64,000 nucleotides of DNA from an uncultured Candidatus Saccharibacteria bacterium (lineage in GTDB: Bacteria > Patescibacteriota > Dojkabacteria > SC72). Below the pieces are notes generated by a model. The model worked only from the letters and a program-made list of their open reading frames with translations, did no database searches and was not told the origin of the DNA. The stretch is from NCBI GenBank assembly GCA_964618765.1, contig CAZUDZ010000001.1:69826-133825 (forward strand). Reading direction: 5' to 3'. The position numbers were made by a program, and so were the translations under genes. Each line of letters opens with the position of its first letter. Position 1 is the first letter of the stretch. This document shows, in pieces, positions 1-7,780 of the stretch.

Positions 1-1380
1 ACCTTTATTCCTCTTATTTTCCAACAGCAAAAATTCAGTGTCTTTGTATTTGTTCTTGATTACCTCGTTTATGAATTCGACACTCTTATCTGTAGAAGCA
101 TCATTTATAATTACCACTTCTTTTGTAATATTTTTAGGAAATGTTAGAGATGCAACCCTTTTAATTATTTCGGACACACTTCTTTCTTCATTGTATACGG
201 GTATTATTATGGAAATTTTTTGAAGATTTTCATTTCTAGAATGTTCAGGTAGAAGCATTTGGTAGTACTCCCCTATCATATGCTCTTTAGAGAAATATTC
301 CTCATTTAAATCAATCATACTGTTAACAAAAGAAAAATTGCTACTTTCGAGTATGGCTTTTTCAAGCTTTTCTACTAAATCTTTCACATTATTTCTTTTA
401 AATATGAAATTTTCAGTTTCCACCTTTTTGGCAATCTCTTTGTTGCTAGGAGCATTTGAGAAAACGGGGATATTTCCCATAGCTATCGCCTCTAAATTAG
501 CAATAGCTAAACCCTCACTAAAAGAGGAATTAATATATATTTTCGATTTTTTAAGAAGAGAAATGAAATCATCATGTTTAAGAAATTGTTCTACAACTCT
601 TACATTCTTAGGCAGATCAATATTCCTGTACTCTAGTATACTTCCTGAGCCGATCAGCATAAAAAGCCATGTAGGATGTTTAGAAGCTATCTGTAAGTAT
701 GCCTTAAGAACTAAACGAGGGTTTTTAACTTTAATCCACTTACTTGCCCATACAACTATGTTTTCTTTCTGTCGTAAATCTAGATTATGATTCTTAATGT
801 CATATGAGTTGTATATGACTGATATCTGCTCCTTGTGCACATTAAAATTTTTAGAGACCCATTTCCTTCCAGTTTTAGATACGGCGATAATGTCCTGGGC
901 TCCAGTTAGAACATACCCGAAGACATGCTGGTCTAGCCAATTAATAATCTTGGTGGCTAGTTTACTTTTCATATATATCCTCCCAGCATTATGCTCTATA
1001 ACAGTATACGGCCGAGAAAGTAGATTACAAATAAAGTAGAGCATCAAACTGCTAGTAAAGTGTCTACTATGGATTATGATTTTTGCATTAGGATTTTCTT
1101 TAATTGTAGACAAGGTTTTAAAGAAGAACTTAGCACCGAAGATAGGATAGCTGTTCTCAAAGATATTTACAGGTTTAAAACTCATTTTCTCAAATCCATC
1201 TTCTTGCTTCTCAAACTCTTCTTCAGAACCGAATATAGCTAAGCATTTAATACCTTTGTTGGAAAGTTCTTTTAGCAAGGTAAAAGCCATACTTTCCAAT
1301 CCCCCCACTCTAGGGGGGAAGTAATGAGAGATGGATATTAAATCATATTCTTTTTTTACTTTTTCATTTTTCTTTGACAC
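1..1380 (-). CDS. Glycosyltransferase fusion, GT4 (GT-B) N-terminal + GT2 (GT-A) C-terminal; runs off window start
   Basis: Absent from the ORF track because no stop lies in the window. Manual translation from GTG at 1380 gives MSKKNEKVKKEYDLISISHYFPPRVGGLE (GT4 N-motif); the same frame near the window start reads KISIIIPVYNEERSV...VVIINDASTDKS...NKG (GT2 motifs). Confidence 0.85.
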   Translation of the reverse strand, partial: MSKKNEKVKKEYDLISISHYFPPRVGGLESMAFTLLKELSNKGIKCLAIFGSEEEFEKQEDGFEKMSFKPVNIFENSYPIFGAKFFFKTLSTIKENPNAKIIIHSRHFTSSLMLYFICNLLSRPYTVIEHNAGRIYMKSKLATKIINWLDQHVFGYVLTGAQDIIAVSKTGRKWVSKNFNVHKEQISVIYNSYDIKNHNLDLRQKENIVVWASKWIKVKNPRLVLKAYLQIASKHPTWLFMLIGSGSILEYRNIDLPKNVRVVEQFLKHDDFISLLKKSKIYINSSFSEGLAIANLEAIAMGNIPVFSNAPSNKEIAKKVETENFIFKRNNVKDLVEKLEKAILESSNFSFVNSMIDLNEEYFSKEHMIGEYYQMLLPEHSRNENLQKISIIIPVYNEERSVSEIIKRVASLTFPKNITKEVVIINDASTDKSVEFINEVIKNKYKDTEFLLLENKRNKG

Positions 1381-1382
1381 AA

Positions 1383-3284
1383 CTATTTAAACAGTATGAA
1401 ATTATCAGATATATATATTAGCTCTCTCTTTACTCTTCTTTGATCTTCTAGCAAATCTTCTTTGAGTATTGTGATTGGGTATGAATTATTTATTGGTAAT
1501 GAGTAAATATTGTATAACCAAGAGTAGTCATTTAACTTAATTGAGCGCTCTAATCTAGATGTATACAGAATTTGTATCTTACTTCCCCCAGGGATACCTG
1601 GAGAAGTAAGGAGCTCCTCATATGTTTGAATACTAGGATTTTCTAAATATTTTAAGAGGTTCTCTCTAGTTTCCAGTTGCATGTATTGGGCATTCGCAGT
1701 ATCTACATTTCCTAAGGAAGTTAAAACTAGTTGAGTGTAAGGATCCGAAAGTATGAAAGTGTCTGTTAAAACATTCTTCTTAACATACTCTATTACAGTC
1801 TCATCTTCCTTAACAATTGCAGAAGCAGTCCCATTCTCCTGTGTGTAGAAAGTTAAATATCTACGGTACTGAACAAAGAAATTTAATCCCCAAGTGAGGA
1901 TTAATGCTCCAAAGAGGAAAAGTTTAATGATGGGTTTAAATCCTAAACTCCAAATATAGTTGATAACGATTAAAGAGGCAAAAAATCCTAATCCAATGGC
2001 AAACTTGTTGGCATATGTAGGTGCCAACAAGAAGAATATTACACCAAAGGAGAGGAAGGAGAAAAGAGAGAGCATTAATTCACTTTTTTCCTTCTTAAAA
2101 AGGATTCCAATGTATGCAACTAAGATTAATAGCCATCCTGCCCCAACATTTTGGAAATATATCAACAAATTATTCGGATAATATGCGTTGGTAGCACTCC
2201 CTACTACCTTTAGTGCATCCTGTTGTATGAGTTTTTCAACACTAAACCCCGCTATATTCGCCACTGCGAAGAACAGTACTGAGAGAGCAAGTAGGAGAAG
2301 GAAGATATTCTTCTCTTTTTTACTCTTTAATCTTTGTATGATCAAAGATCTAAACCAAAGATAACCAATAAATATCGATCCGATGATGAAATGAGTGGAG
2401 AAAAGCAGAAGAGAGATTAAAACTAGTTGAAGTGTACTTATCTTTCTTTCTTTAAATGTAAGAATAAAGAGATAGAGGGCTAAGGTTTGAGGTATGAAAA
2501 ACAGGAAATCATATCCACCCATTACAAAGGTTAGCAGAGTTAGTAATACTCCCAATTGAGACCAAAGAGTACTTTTTGTAACCTTTTTAAAGGTCATATA
2601 TATGGGAATACTTGCAACCAAGGGAAATACAATATCCAGTACGTAGAATGTCTTAACAGAATCGTTTCCTAAGAATGTGACAATATTACCCAAGACAATA
2701 TGGTAGAAGGTTGTATATCCATGCTGTAGGAAAAGGTTAGAACACTCTCCAGGCAAGAAGCACAGTATGCCATTGTGAAAAATTTTGTTTGGTACTGTTA
2801 AGTGTTGGAGATAATCTAATGCTACGACAGAGTCTTTCTGTCTAATAAATATGAATACGAATATTACAAAGAGAATCGAAGGTACAAGGGCAGATGCAAT
2901 TTCTTTGAGAATTTCTTCTGACTCATTCCCACTCTTGTTATCCCCAATAATGAAGAAAATGAAAAGGATATTCCAGAGTATAATGTTAAATACTACTCCT
3001 AAAGGCAGTATTTCATTTAGAGAAAGACCTGTTAAATTTGCAATTAAAACTTGAAGGGCAAAGAGGATTGGGAAATAGATGAATAGGATAGCTGAAGACA
3101 CTCCAAATAATCTGGACTTGAAAACGACTCTGGATAATAAATTAGGAAGAGTGAGAGTAGTGAATATTAGATAGGCAATAAAGACATAATTAGTCCCCAG
3201 AGAGGGCAAACCATTACTAAATATCGAGTAAATTAAATACCCTATTGTACCGATATTAATTGTAAGTGAAATTGCATCAAACAT
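1383..3284 (-). CDS. Large polytopic membrane protein, possibly GT-C-fold glycosyltransferase
   Basis: 633 aa with many hydrophobic segments, an early loop D..H (ALDYLQH) and a soluble C-terminal domain; sits directly upstream of the GT4/GT2 gene. Confidence 0.5.
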   Translation of the reverse strand: MFDAISLTINIGTIGYLIYSIFSNGLPSLGTNYVFIAYLIFTTLTLPNLLSRVVFKSRLFGVSSAILFIYFPILFALQVLIANLTGLSLNEILPLGVVFNIILWNILFIFFIIGDNKSGNESEEILKEIASALVPSILFVIFVFIFIRQKDSVVALDYLQHLTVPNKIFHNGILCFLPGECSNLFLQHGYTTFYHIVLGNIVTFLGNDSVKTFYVLDIVFPLVASIPIYMTFKKVTKSTLWSQLGVLLTLLTFVMGGYDFLFFIPQTLALYLFILTFKERKISTLQLVLISLLLFSTHFIIGSIFIGYLWFRSLIIQRLKSKKEKNIFLLLLALSVLFFAVANIAGFSVEKLIQQDALKVVGSATNAYYPNNLLIYFQNVGAGWLLILVAYIGILFKKEKSELMLSLFSFLSFGVIFFLLAPTYANKFAIGLGFFASLIVINYIWSLGFKPIIKLFLFGALILTWGLNFFVQYRRYLTFYTQENGTASAIVKEDETVIEYVKKNVLTDTFILSDPYTQLVLTSLGNVDTANAQYMQLETRENLLKYLENPSIQTYEELLTSPGIPGGSKIQILYTSRLERSIKLNDYSWLYNIYSLPINNSYPITILKEDLLEDQRRVKRELIYISDNFILFK

Positions 3285-3286
3285 AA

Positions 3287-3904
3287 TTATTTTTTACAAT
3301 CAATTATCATTTTAATTTTGTACTCAAGCTCTAATTCATAATTCTTACTTAGTACAGCTGTCTGGTTGTTTTTAGTAATTTCATAATCTACCCTCTCTTC
3401 GTGAATCTCTACTCTACACCCCTTATCTTCGAAATATACATACCCCTTCTCTTTCTTGTATTCAGTTCTATTAGAGTAATCCAACTGAATTTTGTATTTA
3501 AGCTCTGGAACATATGCATATGCTGTTTGTGTATTAATATCTATATCTAAGGATTTGTTGTCTATCGGTCTCACATTCACTTCTCTTCTGTTGCCCTCTC
3601 CGTTCTCGATATATTCAGTATAGATATTTGTTTTTACTATTGAGTTTTCTAAATTAGAGTTTTTCTGTATTTTGCTATTCACATTAAAAGGCTTTTCAAG
3701 GAAATCATCCTCATTAGTAATATGGTCATTCCTAGAAGCCATTTCGATATATTCAGAATTTGGCAACTGTATTATCACAGACTGTCTTTCATTAATAATT
3801 TGAAAGTTTTTGTACTGTGTATATGTTAGGTAATAGTTAAGGGATATGTATATACCTACTAGAGTGGCAAGAAGTACTGATAGTTTAAGATAAAATGTTT
3901 TCAT
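3287..3904 (-). CDS. Hypothetical membrane-anchored exported protein
   Basis: 205 aa with an N-terminal hydrophobic anchor; 2-bp gap to the next gene. Confidence 0.65.
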   Translation of the reverse strand: MKTFYLKLSVLLATLVGIYISLNYYLTYTQYKNFQIINERQSVIIQLPNSEYIEMASRNDHITNEDDFLEKPFNVNSKIQKNSNLENSIVKTNIYTEYIENGEGNRREVNVRPIDNKSLDIDINTQTAYAYVPELKYKIQLDYSNRTEYKKEKGYVYFEDKGCRVEIHEERVDYEITKNNQTAVLSKNYELELEYKIKMIIDCKK

Positions 3905-3943
3905 ACTATCTTAAATATATATGTATTAACGAAAAAATGAAAG

Positions 3944-4555
3944 TTACTTTTTTACATAAGTTCTCTCTTTAAGCAGGAGTACTCTTTCTCTTAAAGGTTT
4001 TTTGTCAAGTGTAAATGTCGCAGAGTTGTAGAGTATAGCTAAGAGTGTGGGAATTTGTCCTGTCCATACGGGAGTGGGAGTATTTTCTTGAATATTACCA
4101 TCTTTTAATTCTTTTAATAGCGCAATTAATCTGTGATTACCATCGATAATACTCCCTGTTGTGTATGGTAATATATTCTGATTTTCTACAATAAACAGAG
4201 GGTAATCATTGTTTTGTTCTTGGTTGTATATTACTAGGTTTGCTAGGTCTTGATTGATATTAGTAATATGTTTCCTAATTTCATTATTGTTTGGGAGGTA
4301 GTTTGATATTGTATCCCAATGTTTTGCTATCTCATTGGCTTGTGTAGTATTAGTTTGTTTCCATACATAATATGCCCATTCCCATGGTTGTCCGGTGTAT
4401 AGTTGGAGGTCGTTTCTTTCCATCAAATCCCCTACTGGTATATATTGTTTCTCCCATTTGTTTGATAGCTCGGCAGCAATGGGGAACCTATGATCATCTA
4501 AGCCTTTAGAGGTTTTTTCACTTTGTATTCTTTTATACTCTTCTTTAGGTTCCAT
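3944..4555 (-). CDS. ParB/sulfiredoxin-like domain protein
   Basis: IIDGNHRLIAL matches the ParB/Srx DGxHR motif. Confidence 0.55.
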   Translation of the reverse strand: MEPKEEYKRIQSEKTSKGLDDHRFPIAAELSNKWEKQYIPVGDLMERNDLQLYTGQPWEWAYYVWKQTNTTQANEIAKHWDTISNYLPNNNEIRKHITNINQDLANLVIYNQEQNNDYPLFIVENQNILPYTTGSIIDGNHRLIALLKELKDGNIQENTPTPVWTGQIPTLLAILYNSATFTLDKKPLRERVLLLKERTYVKK

Positions 4556-4580
4556 GTATTAGAGTTGTATTAGGATAATT

Positions 4581-4608
4581 AAAAAAAAAGATAACGAAGT
4601 GTTATCTT
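4581..4608 (-). terminator. Putative intrinsic terminator after the 165-aa exported protein gene
   Basis: AAGATAAC/GTTATCTT 8-bp stem adjacent to an A9 run (U-tract on minus). Confidence 0.55.
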
Positions 4609-4627
4609 AATATCAAATGGTGGTACT

Positions 4628-4686
4628 AGGTGCTCTTCTTTCTTTTTTAAACTCTCAAATGAGAGAAAGAGGAAGAGCACCTTTTT
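4628..4686. other. Branched stem-loop in intergenic region
   Basis: AGGTGCTCTTC...GAAGAGCACCT outer stem enclosing a CTCTCA/TGAGAG inner hairpin. Confidence 0.6.
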
Positions 4687-4699
4687 GCGGTGTTAGGGG

Positions 4700-5197
4700 T
4701 TATTGGCAGGCATTTATATATTGGAATTGGGATTCCACAAAACCGGCCAATCTTGTATAGGGTAGAGAGCCTAAATATGTGTGAAATTCATCTATTTCAC
4801 CGTACAGGATCTCATCCCCAGCAGAAAACTCTATCCAATCACATCCCCCTGTTTCTAGTGCCTTATACCCAATAGTAAAGTAACCATCTGGGACGACAGA
4901 AACTTGGCATGAAGGTAAGTGACTACAACTGAGGGAAGGATAGTATGTAGGAATCCCAACTTCTTCATTGACAACAACTTTTTCTGTTTCCTCTGTTTTC
5001 TCTGCTTCCTCTGCTATCGGTTTCTCAACCTTGGACTCCTCGACTACGGGTTCCTCAGCTTTTGGTTCCTCAGCAACGAGTCTCGCAGTCCTAATGGAAC
5101 TGTTTATAACAATCCCCGGGACCACCATCATTGTGAGGCACGACAATGTGATTGCAATTATTGCAACCACTGCTACGATTCTACCGTTTTTCTTCAT
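4700..5197 (-). CDS. Hypothetical exported protein with E/K-rich linker and Cys-containing C-terminal domain
   Basis: N-terminal signal/anchor, AEEPKAEEPVVEE linker, and a clear AAGGAGA Shine-Dalgarno upstream. Confidence 0.75.
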   Translation of the reverse strand: MKKNGRIVAVVAIIAITLSCLTMMVVPGIVINSSIRTARLVAEEPKAEEPVVEESKVEKPIAEEAEKTEETEKVVVNEEVGIPTYYPSLSCSHLPSCQVSVVPDGYFTIGYKALETGGCDWIEFSAGDEILYGEIDEFHTYLGSLPYTRLAGFVESQFQYINACQ

Positions 5198-5229
5198 TTT
5201 AATCTCCTTTATAGAAATAGTTTTTTATA

Positions 5230-5300
5230 AAAAACTCCCTTTACACCGCACCAAACCTCTAACATATGTATATGTTAGAACCTTAGTGCGATGTATGGGC
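5230..5300 (-). promoter_or_regulatory. Long leader hairpin followed by U-tract (attenuator-like)
   Basis: Minus strand reads TACATCGCAC...TCTAACATAT-AC-ATATGTTAGA...GTGCGGTGTA with G-U wobbles, then AGTTTTTT, about 35 nt before the start codon. Confidence 0.55.
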
Positions 5301-5529
5301 TATCTAAGAAGATTACCCTAATTATTATTCACCGCTACTTGTATATAGATGGATTAAATAAATAATCACATAATACAAGCTATTTTAAAGAACTTGTCCT
5401 TTTATACAAATAAAAGAGACATTAAAAAGATATATAAACACATCTCTATGAATGCGTCTTTTATTAAAAGGTATTATTTTTGGAAACTTGTATTTTAAAG
5501 AGCAGGTTCTTTATCTACAATCCTAGTAC

Positions 5530-5559
5530 ATTATATCATTTCTTCACCTTGTAGCTCAA
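5530..5559 (-). promoter_or_regulatory. Sigma70-type promoter
   Basis: TTGAGC-18 nt-TATAAT with extended -10 TG on minus. Confidence 0.55.
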
Positions 5560-5611
5560 TACTATGGGTTGGCGGGAAGGAGTAGACTCCCTCCCTCACC
5601 CTATCTACAAG

Positions 5612-5830
5612 TTAAGCTATTCTATTGCTTAAAAACTTAGAAACAGCTATAAATCCTAAACCAGAAATATATGCTGATACAGCTACTATATTAAACAATA
5701 CAGCATCTGCTATACCTGTATCCTCAGGTATATGAGGAGTATATCCATCAGCTAATACTGGTGAAGTAAAAATAGTCAATATCCCAAAAGCAAGAATAGC
5801 TAACAAGAAGATCTTGTTTATTTTTTTCAT
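5612..5830 (-). CDS. Minimal putative sortase substrate (signal peptide + IPEDTG + TM + basic tail)
   Basis: 72 aa: MKKINK...VLA|DGYTPHIPEDTG, hydrophobic helix, KFLSNR; directly downstream of a sortase. Confidence 0.7.
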   Translation of the reverse strand: MKKINKIFLLAILAFGILTIFTSPVLADGYTPHIPEDTGIADAVLFNIVAVSAYISGLGFIAVSKFLSNRIA

Positions 5831-5929
5831 AGCAGATTGTAAAGAACAATTTAATTACGGCTACATTATACCCCATAGTTAAATTCTATTCAATAGGCAC
5901 ATGAATAAACAGAGTGTAGTTGTGGATTA

Positions 5930-6577
5930 TTAATTGACCCTATTTAGGTATCTAAATACCCTAACTGGAGAGTTATACATTCTGCAAGTGTAAAGAATCA
6001 AATCTGCTTGGTAATCTGTTATCTGAGTATTGTCCTCGGCCTTGTATACTTCATATTCATAACTTCTCTGTCCCCATATTATTTGTACCCTATCTCCTAC
6101 TCTAAGCTTTGGAAGATTGTAGAAGGAACTCTTTTCTCTAAACTCTCGACTCCAATACACATATCCAAACCTATGGGCAGCTATTATTATTGGTGCGTCA
6201 TTGTACTCGGGAGTTCCAAAATTAGGAACTACCCATACCCCTTCCTCTAAGCCTTCTTTAGAATCAGGATTTTGAGAAATCTCTGAATCGACCCCTATAC
6301 TTGTTATTCTTAAAGTATTTTCCTCAGGCAGGGATATGTCTATTGTAGGAAGATCTATCTCAGAATTATCAGCAACCACCTCTTTCTCTACCTCTTCTAG
6401 TATTGTGAGTTGCTTCTCTATTGTTGTGAATTCACTCTCCGTTGCACTCTTGTCAACCGAATACCATATCTGAGGAAAGAAAGTAATTGCCACTACACAG
6501 AAAGCAAAAAATATTAGTACAATACCAAATGTTAAATATATTTTAGAAACTATTTTTAAAACCTTCTTTTTCCCCAT
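5930..6577 (-). CDS. Sortase
   Basis: N-terminal TM; IIAAHR (His), LILYTC (Cys), PVRV (Arg). Confidence 0.9.
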   Translation of the reverse strand: MGKKKVLKIVSKIYLTFGIVLIFFAFCVVAITFFPQIWYSVDKSATESEFTTIEKQLTILEEVEKEVVADNSEIDLPTIDISLPEENTLRITSIGVDSEISQNPDSKEGLEEGVWVVPNFGTPEYNDAPIIIAAHRFGYVYWSREFREKSSFYNLPKLRVGDRVQIIWGQRSYEYEVYKAEDNTQITDYQADLILYTCRMYNSPVRVFRYLNRVN

Positions 6578-6583
6578 ACGCTC

Positions 6584-7411
6584 TTAATTCTTACTTCTTA
6601 AATACATCTCCAATATCATACCACTATTACCTATTTCCTGTGCGTACTGTGTGCCGATATATCTGTAGTGCCAACTCTCGTAGTTGTATCCCGTTATACT
6701 CTCATATCCAGCTGGGTATGAAATTACAAACCCATACTTTGCTGCATTACTAGCTAACCATTTACTTGCTTTGGTACTTGCAAAAACACCTCCTAGCCCG
6801 TCCTTTATCTCTGCACTACTAAAATCAACAGCAGTGCCCAATTGGTGTTGACTATGGCCAGCTCTCGCAGAAATCTTATCTGCAGCAGCCACACTTCCTC
6901 CATTTACACTCAACCAGTGATTATATGTAGAAACTTGAGTGTTGTAGGAACGATATGCAGATCTGATACTTAAATCAATACCATCATTCACAGCAGCATT
7001 AACTAGATTTTGCAAGTCGTTTATTAATACATTTCTAAGAAGGAAATTTGTATTGTTTACACATCTGATATTGGCTACCTTTGCACAAACACTTACTAAA
7101 TCAGTAGGTGCATATGTAGCAGGAAGTTTGTACTCTTTATTTACTAAAACTAAAAGATCATTCCCATCCCTTGTTGTACCCTTAATATCTTTGGGATATG
7201 CCCACCAGCCGTCAATACTAGTACTCCTGCTACTATTAACGACAGCTCTTTTGGTTGGAGTTAGTTTCTCTAGCGGGATCTCTTGTTGTATTTCAGAGAA
7301 AACATAGCTGTTACTGTTCTCGTTTTCTTGAGTATGGCTTTCTGTATATACGATTGTGTATGTGTTAGCAGATAGAATTAGCGCGAATATACTACTTACT
7401 ATTTTGTTCAT
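6584..7411 (-). CDS. D-Ala-D-Ala carboxypeptidase, peptidase M15B (VanY-like)
   Basis: LVNK, SAYRSY, SQHQLGTAVD and YESWHYRYIG motifs. Confidence 0.9.
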   Translation of the reverse strand: MNKIVSSIFALILSANTYTIVYTESHTQENENSNSYVFSEIQQEIPLEKLTPTKRAVVNSSRSTSIDGWWAYPKDIKGTTRDGNDLLVLVNKEYKLPATYAPTDLVSVCAKVANIRCVNNTNFLLRNVLINDLQNLVNAAVNDGIDLSIRSAYRSYNTQVSTYNHWLSVNGGSVAAADKISARAGHSQHQLGTAVDFSSAEIKDGLGGVFASTKASKWLASNAAKYGFVISYPAGYESITGYNYESWHYRYIGTQYAQEIGNSGMILEMYLRSKN

Positions 7412-7544
7412 ATCTCTATTTTACAATATATATCATTAATTCAATAGTAAATATTATTAGAAGTCTTCTCTATTCTTATCTAGGTCAGGAAGTATATGTT
7501 GAGAAGTATTACAATGTATTAACTAAATTATTATCCATACTGAA

Positions 7545-7766
7545 ATGAATTTAACAAAAAAGAATATTAGAATTATTAATGAAATAATGGAATTGTATAT
7601 TAGATATGTAAACAGTAATCTAGGAAACGATTTAGAGGATATAAATGAGCAGATAGTACAAAAGTCTTTGCCAATGGGTATGACATATGATCAATTATCA
7701 GAAAACATTATTGAGATATCAGGAGATGAGTACTTCAAAGAGTTAAGGATTGAAAGGTTAGAGTAA
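7545..7766 (+). CDS. Small hypothetical protein
   Basis: 73-aa ORF filling the gap between vanY-like and gyrA. Confidence 0.5.
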   Translation: MNLTKKNIRIINEIMELYIRYVNSNLGNDLEDINEQIVQKSLPMGMTYDQLSENIIEISGDEYFKELRIERLE

Positions 7767-7780
7767 AAGGGTTTTGAGAG

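Noticed and set aside
38-1242. Plus-strand ORFs in the track, and similar short antisense ORFs across the window
   Set aside because: They are shadows of well-supported opposite-strand genes.
6584-7411. Vancomycin-resistance cluster
   Set aside because: Only a lone M15B peptidase is present, with no vanHAX or vanRS.
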